Shown here: piece by piece, positions 27,980 to 39,603 of the stretch
Position numbering within the stretch: the stretch's first letter is position 1
How the letters are laid out: each line of letters opens with the position of its first letter
Source: the human T2T-CHM13v2.0 reference genome, Homo sapiens
Length of the DNA: 64,000 nt
Direction: 5' to 3' (one strand)
NCBI RefSeq assembly: GCF_009914755.1
Contig: NC_060929.1
Made by a program: the position numbers and the translations under genes
The notes under the pieces: generated by a model
Told to the model about the DNA's origin: nothing
What the model saw: only the letters and a program-made list of their open reading frames with translations
The model's database searches: none

Positions 27980-28193
27980 AAATTAATGGCATTTTTTCAC
28001 ACTAATAAATTATCTGAAAAAATTAAGAAATTAAACCCATTTACAGCAGTATAAAAAATACTTAGGAGTAAATTTAACTAAAGAGGGAAAGATCAGCATA
28101 CTGAAATAATAAATCATTGATGAAAGAAATTATAGAAGGCATAAATAAATGGAAAGCTATCCCATGTTCATTGTCAAAGAATTAACATTGTTT

Positions 28194-28549
28194 CTTTTGG
28201 CTGCATAAATGTCTTCTTTTGAGAAGTGTCTGTTCATACCCTTTGCCCACTTTTTGATAGCTGGAAACCATCATTCTCAGCAAACTATCGCAAGGACAAA
28301 AAACCAAACACCACATGTTCTCACTCATAGGTGGGAATTGAACAATGAGAACACATGGACACAGGAAGGGGAACATCACACACAGGGGCCTGTTGTGGGG
28401 TGGGGGAAGGGGGGAGGGATAGCATTAGGAGATATACCTATGTTAAATGATGAGTTAATGGGTGCAGCACACCAACATGGCACATGTATAATACGTAACT
28501 AACCGGCACATTGTGCACATGTACCCTAAAACTTAAAGTATATTAAAAA
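28194..28549 (+). mobile_element. Young 5'-inverted L1PA3/4-like insertion
   Basis: Antisense ORF2 piece 28194-28258 followed by sense ORF2 end/3'UTR and A tail; 18-bp TSD AAAG(A/T)ATTAACATTGTTT (28176-28193, 28550-28567). Confidence 0.93.
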
Positions 28550-29016
28550 AAAGTATTAACATTGTTTAAATGTCCATACCACACAAAGAAATCTGCAGAT
28601 TCAATGTAATCACTTTCAAATTTCCAATGTTATTTAATATAGAAATAGAAAAAAAATCTTATAATTTGTTTGGAACCATAAAAGATCTCAAATAGCCAAA
28701 TTAATCTTGAGAAAAAAGAACAAAGCTGGTGTTTTTACGTTACCTGCCTTCAAAATATACTACAAAGCTATCCTAATCAAAAGAACATGGTACTACCATA
28801 AAAATAGACACAATGATCAATGGAAGGATATAGCACCCAGAAATACATACACATATTTATGGTTAATTGATTTTTGACAAAGGTGCCAAGAACACACAAT
28901 GGAGACAGAACAGTCTTCAACAAATGGTACTGGGAAAACTTGATATCATTGCATCATTATTCACAGTAGCTAAGATATGGAGGCAATATAGGTGTACATC
29001 ATAAATGGATAAAGAA

Positions 29017-29192
29017 GCCAGGCACGGAGGCTCACACCTGTAATCCCAGCACTTTGGGAGGCCAAAGCAGGAGAATCTCTTGAACCCAGGAGGCAGAGGT
29101 TGCAGTGAGTAGAGATCATGCCACTGCACTCCATCCAGCCTAGGCAACAGTGAGGCTCTGTCTCAAATAAATAAATAAATAAATAAATAAAT
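29017..29192 (+). mobile_element. Monomer-length Alu (left-arm head fused to right-arm body)
   Basis: 'ctcacacctgtaatcccagcactttgggaggccaaagc' runs directly into 'aggagaatctcttgaacccaggaggcagagg'; (TAAA)n tail. Confidence 0.9.
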
Positions 29193-30311
29193 ACATAAAA
29201 TGTAGTGTATATACACAGTGAAATACTATTCAGCCTTAAAAGGAGATGGGGGGATCTTGTCATTTTCAATAACATTAATGAGTCTGGAGAACATTAAGTT
29301 GAGTGAAATAAGCCAGGCACAGAAATACAAATAATGCATGCTCTCACACATAGATGGAATCTAGAAATGTTGAACTCATGGAAGCACAGAATAGAATGAT
29401 GGTTACCAGAGACAGGGAAAAAGAAAGATATTGATCAATGAGTACAAAGTTTCAGTTAGGAGGAATAAGCTTTAGTGATGTATTGTACGGAATGGTGAGT
29501 ATAATAAATAATAAGTTGTGTATTACAAAATTGCTAAAAAAGCAGATGTTAAATGTTTTTAATACAAAAAAAAAAGTATGTGAGGTGATGGATTTCTTAG
29601 TAAGCCGATGATATTATTCCACATCATAAACATATATCGAAACATCACCTTGAACTCCATAAATATATATTTCTCAATTTAAAATAAAATTTTAAAATAA
29701 TAATTAAAAAGAATATAAAATGTATAATACAAATTCTCCATGAACACAATTTTTAATAAATCAAGTATCTAATATATAAGAAGAATTTCATGGTCAAATA
29801 GGATTCTGTCCAAGAGAAAAAATTCTTAACATTGAAAATTAGTCAATATTAAATATCATTAAAAAAACTAAAAAGGAAAGAATCATATGATCTTTCAAAA
29901 GATACAGGGAAAGCATTTGACAAATCCAACATTCTTTTCTAATAAAAATTCACAGCAGAGTCAGAAGAAAAGGGAGTTTTCTTAAAAAGATGAAAGGTAA
30001 CAAGTAAAAATTTACAGCTAACGTCATATTTCATATGCTTGCTTTCCCAAAGCCAAAAAGGGACAAGGATATCTGCTCTCAGTAAATCTATTAAATATTT
30101 TACTGGAAGTATGATCCAGAGCAATCAGACACGATAAAGAAATAAAAGGCATCTAGATTTGAAAAGAAGAAATAGAGATGCCATAATTTTCATAAGACAA
30201 TATGATCTATATAGAACATCCTACATAACTAAAAATGTGCTACTAGAACTAACAAGTGAGGGTAGCAAGGTTGCATAGGTTAAATACATGGAAAAAACCT
30301 GTATTTCTACA

Positions 30312-32505
30312 TAAACAGATCTAAAAACAAAACACCCTTGATTATCTCAACGTGTCTACAGAAAAGGCTTTCAATAAAGTTTAGCATCCCTTCATGTTAA
30401 AAATCCTCAACAAACAAGACATTGAAGGAACATAACTCAAAATAATAAGAGCCATTTTGGACAAAACCACAGGCAACATCATACTAAATGGGAAAAAGCT
30501 GAAAGTATTCCCCTGGGAATCAGAACAAGACAAGATATCCACTCTCACCACTCCTATGCAATACAGTACTGGAAGTCCCAGCCAGAGCAATTAAACAAGA
30601 AAAATAAATAGGCAGAGAGGAAGTTAAATGATCTCTCTTCACAGATGATATGATTCAGTACCTAGAAAATCCCACAGTCTCTGCCCAAAGGCACCTAGGT
30701 TTGATAAACAACTTTAGCAAAGTTTCTGGATACAAAATCAATGCACAAAAATCAGTAGCATTTCTATACACAAATAATATCCAAGCTGAGAGTGAAATCA
30801 AGAACACAATCCCATTCAAAATAGCCGCAAAAGAAATAACATACCTAGGAATACAGCTAACCAGGGAGGTGACAAATCTGTATAACAAGATTACAAAACA
30901 TTGCTGAAAGAAATCAAACATAACAGAAACAAACAGAAAAAATATTCCATGCTCATGAATAGGAAGAATCAATGTTGTTAAAATGGTCTTTCTGCCCAAA
31001 GCAATTTACAGATCCAATGCTATTCCAATCAAACAACCAATGACATTTTTCTCAGAATTAAAAAAAAGATTATTCTAAAATTCATGTGAAACAAAAATAA
31101 GAGCTCAAATAGACAAAGAAATCCTAAGGGAAAAAAAAAACAAAGTTGGAAGTATCACACTACCCAACTTCACTATACTACAAGACTATAGAAATAAAAA
31201 CAGCACGGTACTGATATAGAAAGAGACACATAGATAAATGGAACATTTGATCTTCAACAAAGTCAAAAATAACAAGCAAAAGGGAAAGGACTCCCTATTC
31301 AGTGGTGCTGGGATAAATGGCTAGTCATATGCAGAAGATTGAAACTGGACCCCTTCTTTTTACCGTATGCAAAAACAACTCAAGACAGATTAAAGACTTA
31401 AATATAAAACCTAAAAGTATACAAACCCTAAAAGAAAACCTAGGAAATACTATTCCGGACATAGGACCTAGCAAAGAATTCATGATGAAGACTCCAAAAG
31501 CAATTGTAACAAAAATGGGACTTAATTAAACCAAAGAGCTTCTGCACAGCAAAAGAAACTATCAACAGAGTAAACAGATAACCAATAGAAAGTGAGAAAA
31601 TATTTGCAAACTATGCAACTGACAAAAGTCTGGTATCCAGAATCCATAAGAAACTTAAGCAAATCAACAAGTAAAACCCAAATAACCCTGTTAAAAAATC
31701 AGCAAAGAATATTAACAGATGCTTCTCAAAGAATACATACCAGCAGCCAACAAGCATATGAAAACATGAGAATATCACTAATATTAAAGAAATGCAAATC
31801 AGAGATACCATCTCACACTAGGTAGAATAGCTATTATTAAAAAGTCAAAAAATAACATAGGTTGTTGAGGTTGCATAGAAAAGAGAAGGCTTACACACTG
31901 CTACTGGAAATCTATTTAGTTCAGCCACTGGGGAAATGAGTTTGGAGATTTCTCAAAGGATTTAAAACAAAACTACTATTTGACCCAGCTATCCCATTAC
32001 TGGGTTTATTCCCAAAGGAATATATATCTTTTGGCCATAAAGACACATGCATGCCTATGTTCATCACAGCACTTTTCACAATAGCAAAGACATGGAATCA
32101 AACTAGGTCCCCATGAATAGTGTGTTGGATAAAGAAAATGTGATACATATATATAATAGAATACTATGCAGCCATAAAAGGAATGAAACTACGTCCTTTG
32201 CAGCAACATGAATACAGCTGGTGGCCATTATCCTAAGTGAATTAATGCAGAAATAGATAGCTAACTACCGTGTGTTTCCTTTTATAAGTAGGAGCTAAAC
32301 ACTGAGTACACATGGACACAAAGAAGGGAACAATAGACACTGGAGACTACTTGAGGGTGAGAATGGGAGGATGGTGAGAATAAAAAAAAATCTACCTATT
32401 GGGTAATATGCTCATAGCCTGAGTGAAAAAATAATCTGTACACGAAACATGCATTTACCCATGTGAAAAACCTGCACATACACCCCCTAAATAAAATCAA
32501 GTTAG
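30312..32505 (+). mobile_element. 5'-truncated L1PA15/16-like element
   Basis: ORF2 RT to C-terminus ([32 protein letters not shown]) and 3'UTR 'gggaacaatagacactggagactacttgagggtg...ctacctattgggta'. Confidence 0.85.
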
Positions 32506-33829
32506 CAGAAACAGAAAACAATTATATGTCTAGATTTTGCTCACAAGCTATTGAAAAGGGAAGAAAAATACCATTTATAATAGCATCAGAAATTCGAAAT
32601 ACTTAAGATAAATCTGGCAAAAGATAGAAAAGAATTGTATATTGAAAACTACAAGATGTTACTGAGAGAAAATAAAGCAGATCTAAAGATGTGGAAAGAT
32701 ATATGCCATGTTCATGGATTGGAAGGCACCATATTGTTAACATGTCAATTCTCCACAGACTGGTCTATAGATATAACATAAGCCCATTCGAAACTGTTAA
32801 GAGGCAGATTTTTCTGAAATTGACAAACTGGTTATAAAATTCATATGGAAATGGCAAGGACCAAGCATAGCCAAAATATTTTGAAAAAGAACAAAGTTGG
32901 AGGACAAATATTACCCAACTGCAAGATTTATTATAAAGTTACAATAATCATGACAGCATGACAATGACAGCATTAAAATAAAAACATATTTCAATGGAAC
33001 ACAAAAAAGCCCAGAAAAAAAATCCACTCATAAATGAACAATTTTGACAAAGTTCCAAAAGTAATTAGGTGTACAACAAATAGCATTTCAACAAATTGTG
33101 CTAGTACAGTTGGATATCCATATGTAGATAAAAGTTACTTTAATTTATACCTCATGCCATATTCAACAGTTCACTCAAAATGAATCATAGAACTAAATGT
33201 AAACATATTTATAAAACTTCAAAAAATTGGGTCATACAAAGAATTGTATGTAATATCAAGCCATGACAGATTTTTAGGCAGTTCATTGCACTATATGATC
33301 TACCCACATCCACCAAAGCCATCTATACAAATGTTCATAGAAGCTTTAATTTTAGAAGCTAAAATTGGAAGCAACCCACATGTTCTTCAACAAGTGAATA
33401 AATAAACATCTGTAGAGTATTAATACAATGAATTACTACTAAGCAGTAAAAGCATATGAACTATCAATACACATAACAACTTGGATAAACCTCAAATTAT
33501 GTTAAATAAAAAAGTCAGGAAAAAAAAGGAGCCCACACTAGACAATTCTAAGAAAATCAAACTAATATATATAGAGAAAAATAGAGAAGTGGTTGGCTGG
33601 GAACAAAAAGGAGTCAGAGAGGAATAAGAATGAAAGGGAACAAGAAAACTCTTGGGAGTGGTAAATGTACTTATTATCTTGGTTCTATACTTATGTCAAA
33701 ACTTACTGAATAGTACACTTTAAGTACAAGAGGTTTCTGTATTGTATGTCAATTGTACCTCAATAGAGTTATTTAAAATATACAAATTACATCATCAAAA
33801 TGTCTTCTTTGATACCAAATTCTGTGGTC

Positions 33830-34675
33830 ACATCTATGCCTTGTTTTGATTGTCAAGTCTGTAGCATTTGATAGACCTTTTTTTTTCTCTTTGAGAAAAG
33901 GAATTTAAAATTCTGTCATCATTCCTCTTTTTTCTCTCACCACTCTTTACCAGTCACTTTTTCAGGTTGCTCTATCTCTGCTTAAACCATCTCTGCTCAT
34001 CTATTCTATTTTGGAACACTTGTTGCAGCTCATCTTATTTAGCCCAATGACTTAAACTTCCCTATCACATCCAAATGCAAGCCTCCAGCCTGTATTCCTT
34101 TGAAGTATTTCAGATTCATATATTTCTAATTAGACAATATTCATAGTGGGCTTCTTAGAGATACTATGTTTAGAATGGAACTATCAATTTTACCCCTATT
34201 TTATTCTTCCCCAAGTTCTATTTCAGTAAATGGTACCACCATCTACCCCTTATGCTTAAAGATAAAATTGTAATTACTATTTTTGATTCTGTCCTTTTCC
34301 TCCCAGCTTCTACTCAATATAACAGGGAGCCACATTGGCTTTATCTTCAATGTACAAGTGAATCCAATTATTTTTCACCATTTTTACTATAATCATTATT
34401 GACTAAGCCATTATCACCTCTTAAATAGGCTATTGCAATAGTTCTCTTACCGTCATGTAAACCATTTGCCACACAGTAGAGTGATACTTAAAATTGCAAA
34501 TGAGACTTTTATTACTGGTTTACTTAAAACTCATCTATGTCTGCTCATTACTCTTATGACAAAATCCCAACTTTTTATGGCCTAAATGGCTCTACATGAT
34601 TCTAACTTCACATCCTATCTCTTTTCTCCTGACATCCAGGCACCCTGGCCTATCTTCTATGCCTTATGCACACTG
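33830..34675 (+). mobile_element. L2 fragment
   Basis: Pyrimidine-rich with L2 motifs 'atttcagtaaatggtaccaccatctacc', 'aaaatcccaactttttatggcctaaatggctctacatgat'. Confidence 0.65.
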
Positions 34676-35404
34676 TGTTTGGTAAGGACTAGAATTACTT
34701 CTGATTTTTTTTTCAGCTCATACAAAAATTGCTTTAACAAAATGAGGACCTAAGTCTGAAATATATACCATTTCAGTTCTCAATGATAAAAACATTTCCG
34801 CCAACTTAACAACAGTAAAGAAACATAATACAAGCTTGACTAAATGCTCATAAGCAAAACCAGTCCTGCTGTGCTGACTGGAATTGCCTTAAGGCAGCAA
34901 TAAATTCATCATTAAATGTTCTCAAGCACCAATAGCTCTAAACTTCCCCATGCAGAATCAGTCACTTTTTCACCTAAACTTCCATATAACTTTATAATTG
35001 ACATTTTAAAATCATTTGCCTATTAAGTAAATATAAGTATTTTGTTAAATGCCACCCTGGCCATCTGGACTATGAGTTACTCAAGAATAGGATCCTATAT
35101 TCTACAGAACCAAGATCATCTTTTGTACAACTTCCCATCACTTCACACATACTGTGAACTCCAATTGCCTCCTACTTTCTTTGACCAATTTACTCTTAGT
35201 CACTATCCAAGAATTATCTTCTAAGAATAATGCTTGATACACAGCAAGCTTTCAATGTATTTATTGAACTAATTATTTATATTAAAGTATTGGTGACAAT
35301 TTCTTGGGGTGGTAGAGTTAGGGTCAAAACATCCAGAAAACAAACATTTCCAACGTTTCTATTAGCTCCAGGTGTCTTTGCCAGCAGAGCTCAAAAAGAA
35401 ATGT

Positions 35405-35705
<301 letters not shown>

Positions 35706-35870
35706 AAAAAAGAAATGTGATTTTCAAAAATGTACATGTGACAGATAAAAATATTTTCCTAATGTGTCCCCTTATCATGAGATGAGTTTATCTTAACTCT
35801 TATTTATCTGTTTTTAATGCTCAGCCATAGGACTCAGTATTCCTGGGAAGAAGGAAAATGTGACATAATA

Positions 35871-35940
35871 GAAAGGGGAAGCAGAAGTCCAAAGGAAAAG
35901 GGGAAGTAGAAGTCCAAAGAAAAAGGGCAAGTAGAAGTCC
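35871..35940 (+). repeat. 25-bp purine-rich tandem repeat, about 3 copies
   Basis: 'aaagaaaaggggaagtagaagtcc'-like unit, first copy partial. Confidence 0.85.
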
Positions 35941-36338
35941 CATTCCTTCTACCCAGAGAATATGTGAAAAGAAGGAAAGAGACACATGAGGGGAGCTGGT
36001 CAGGAATCAGTTATTGATATACTGCCTGTATGGGGCTAAACTTCAGTGTAAGGGATTACATTTTAATGTTAAGGAACCTGAAAACATCAGGACAAGTGAC
36101 ATACTTCCATAGGCATAGCCTGGGTGAAAATGTAGTATTTTGTGGGAAGCCTGGCATTTGGTTTATTCCCAATTCAAATGTGAGGCAGGAGCACTAGAAT
36201 GGCACAGAAACAAAGAGATGTCAAGATCAATCAGACTGAGACAAACTTCATATCCCTTACTCCCTATAGTCTGCAAATAGTACTTAGTGTATCTAGAACA
36301 CTCCACATGCCTCAGTGAGCTGACTTAGAAATGCTGAC

Positions 36339-36797
36339 TGTAGGAGATTGGTCAGAGTGGTGAGAGAAACTACAGGGAAAGGAGCAGGCCTTCTGAAAGG
36401 TCAGAAGGCTCTGCAGAGCTTTAGGGGAGAATAGCTGAAGGCAGCTGTTCTCTCACCTTGAGGCAGAGGGCAAGGAGTAGGTACAAGGGAGTGTAGGGGA
36501 ATTCATCTTAAACAGGCTTGTTTATTTATGTTGACCAGGAGCAGACCTTTGATCATCCACATGCCTGATGTTCCCTGAAAGGGGAACAATAAATGTTAAT
36601 TACCCACAGATTGTGTTTGCTCCAGGCTTTTGGCATTGTGCCTACACTGAATAAAAGCAAGCAGCTCCAGCTTCTCAGGGTGGCGGCACTTTGGCCACTA
36701 GAGCCCAGCAGTCCCCTAGCTGCTCTTATACTGTGTACCTGTGTCTGAGTACTCCTTTCATCTGTCGGTTAGCCAGGTCTGTGGGAAAGACCCGGCA
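36339..36797 (+). mobile_element. LTR22-family solo LTR (HERV-K22/HML-5)
   Basis: 'tgtaggagattggtcagagtggtgagagaaactacagggaaagg'...'gggaaagacccggca'; TG..CA; flanks gctgac/gctgag. Confidence 0.85.
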
Positions 36798-36951
36798 GCT
36801 GAGAGAACCAGTTGGCCAGTGAAATTAAGAGATTGATAAGAAGTGTAATGAGTGAGATCTTTACAACAGGGAGCAAGTAGTGTGGTCTGTAGACTTCAGC
36901 CATGGAAGCTTGCAAAACGCCAGGCAGGAGTAGTGTCATTGGGTTGGGCAC

Positions 36952-37461
36952 TGTTGGGAACAAGCCCCGCAAAATCTGGCCATAAACTGGCCCCATAACT
37001 GGCCATAAACCAAATCTCTGCAGCACTGTGGCATGTTCATGATGGCCATAACGCCCACGCCGGAAGGTTGTGGGTTTACGGAATGAGGGCAAGGAACACT
37101 TGGCCCGCCCAGGGCAGAAAACCGCTTAAAGGCATTCTTAAGCCACAAACAATAGCATGAGCAATCTCTGCCTTAAGGACATGATCCTGCTGCAGTTAAC
37201 TAGCCTAACCTATTCCTTTAATTCGGCCCATCCTTTGTTTCCCATAAAGGATATTTTAGTTAATTTAATATCTATAGAAACAATGCTAATGACTGGCTTG
37301 CTGTTAATAAATACATGGGTAAATCTCTGTTCAGGGCTCTCAGCTCTAAAGGCTGTGAGACACCTGATTTCCCACTTCATACCTCTATATTTCTGTGTGT
37401 GTGTCTTTAATTCCTCTAGCACCGCTGGGTTAGGGTCTCCCCGACTGAGCTGGTCTCAGCA
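36952..37461 (+). mobile_element. MER9a solo LTR (HERV-K9/HML-3)
   Basis: 'tgttgggaacaagcccc..aaaatctggccataaactggcccc'...'gagctggtctcagca'; TG..CA; flanks gggcac/gggcag. Confidence 0.9.
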
Positions 37462-38622
37462 GGGCAGCAGCATAGTGTGTAGACTAGACTAACCTGCACC
37501 TATCAGAGAACATCAAAAAACAGAAAGGAGCCTGCCTATCCAAAGGCCCAGCTCCTTCTCACTGTAGTCAGGTAAGTCACTCTCCAGGGTAGGAGAGAAG
37601 GAGGGTGAAAAATTCTGCAAGAACTTTTGCCCCCAAGAGACAAAGTCAAAAAGACAGTATTAGAATGGAAGTTGAATCAGTTTTAAGTGCCTTCTCCTTC
37701 TCCAGTTCCTTCCCAGTAACCCTACTGTGTAATGTCTCATGAAAAAAATGGAATCAGTTATAGAAAATAAAATATAATTTCTATGATTCTTTAATAACTC
37801 TGTGCAGTATTTGTTTCCACATTAAACTAAAGTAAGAAGGCTAAACCTCTCAACTCCACTAGCAATTGTGCACAGTGCTGCTAAAAAGAGTATTATTCAA
37901 CATAAATCTAATCACAAATGTCAAGTTAGGACAGTTTAGGCAATATGAATGTCATTTCCTATGATTAGACACTTATATATAATTCTTACTGAGTTGGACT
38001 TAAATAATATGGCTACTTTTCTTGATTCCTGTTCACCAACAAAGATTATATTCTACCTATTGCCTGCCCTTGTGTTAGCACTTGGCACTCTTTATGAGTT
38101 GGTCAAAACAAATAACAAGTATAGCCCTCTGATACTTTAAAAGAGGAGGACTATATTGCATTTAACTAAAAGTTGTTACAAAGGAACCACTAAGCATCTT
38201 GAGGCCCCAGTTGACTCTATGATAGCAAGTATGCGAAAGTACAGAGAAAATAGGCAACACAAACAAAAAGAGAGAGATAGATTGACTGATTGATTCATTG
38301 TCAAGTCTTCTTTGGAAACTGAATTTGAAAGTGTTAAATTCAATTCCAGTTGCAAAGACTTCATCCGTAAATCGGGTGCCTTAGACTGCAAATAATTATA
38401 CTTGAGTTTTGTAGGACAAGCAAAAACTCCACAAGCAAGCCAGAAAGAGAACCCACTGCAAAAATGCAAACACTAAGTTGGGTATTGCAGTCAAGGCAGA
38501 AAATAAGCCATGCAATTTGTGCAAAACTAACTCAGCTTATACCCGTTGCCTCTAAATTTAGAAGCCAAGACCAGAGACTGAAGAGTGACCTCAATAGCTC
38601 TCAATCTTTATACTGAATACAA

Positions 38623-39343
38623 TCTCACCATGCTTTTCATTTGCATTTCTTTGATGATTACTTATGTTGACCATTTTTTCGTATGTTTTTTGGCCACTTG
38701 TAAGTCTTCTTTTGAGAAAGTGTGTTTGTATCTTTTGCCCTCTCTTTAATGTGGTTGGTTTTTGCTTGTTGACTTGCTTAAGTTCCTTATAGATTCTGGA
38801 TATTACACCTCTGTCAGTTGCATAGTTTGTGAATATTTTCTCCCATTATGTACATTCTCTGTTTGTTGATAGTTTCTTTTTCTGTACAGAAGCTTTTCAG
38901 TTTAATTAGATCCCACTTGTCAAATTTTTGTTTTTGTTACAATTGCTTTTGAGGATTTCATCATAAATTCTTTCCCAAGGCTAAGTGGTGTTTCCTAAAA
39001 GGTAATGCTTATACACTTGTTGGTGGGAATGTAAATTAGTTCAGCCATTGTGGAAAGCAGTTTGGAGATTACTCAAAGAACTTAAATCAAAACTACCATT
39101 TGACCCAGCAATCAATACCAATAGTAGGTATATATCCAAAAGAAAATAAATTGTTCTACCAAAAATACACGTGCACTTGTATGTTCATTACAGCACTATT
39201 CACAATGTCAAAGACATGGAATCAGCTTAGGTGCCCATCAACAGTGGACTGGATAAAGAAAATATTATATATAATATATATATATATATACACACATATA
39301 TATATATATACACATATATATATACACATATATATATATACAC

Positions 39344-39374
<31 letters not shown>

Positions 39375-39603
39375 TATATATACATACACACAAACACACA
39401 CACACACACCCCATGGAATACTATGCAGACATTAAAAATTGAAATCATGTCTTTTGCAGAAACACGAATGTTGCTGGGGGTCATTATCCTAAGCAAATTA
39501 CCACAGGAACAGAAAACTAAATGCCATATGTTCTCACTTATAAGTGAGGGCTAAACATTGGATACTCATGGACATAAAGATGGTAGCAGTAGACACTTGG
39601 GAC
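38623..39603 (+). mobile_element. 5'-inverted L1PA16/L1PB-like fragment (antisense 38623-38997, sense 38998-39603), 3' end missing
   Basis: Antisense ORF2 switches to the adjacent sense ORF2 C-terminus (GIYPKENKLFYQKYTCTCMFITALFT). Confidence 0.85.
39265..39408 (+). repeat. Compound (TA)n/(CA)n microsatellite
   Basis: Seen directly, inside the L1. Confidence 0.95.

Noticed and set aside
36798-36951. Spacer between LTR22 and MER9 as a deleted proviral interior
   Set aside because: The LTRs are from different families with separate TSDs; no primer-binding site or polypurine tract seen.
39100-39554. YI/HI/CV-repeat ORFs (also 50469-50830 and 23770-23994)
   Set aside because: Translations of TA/CA/TG microsatellites.
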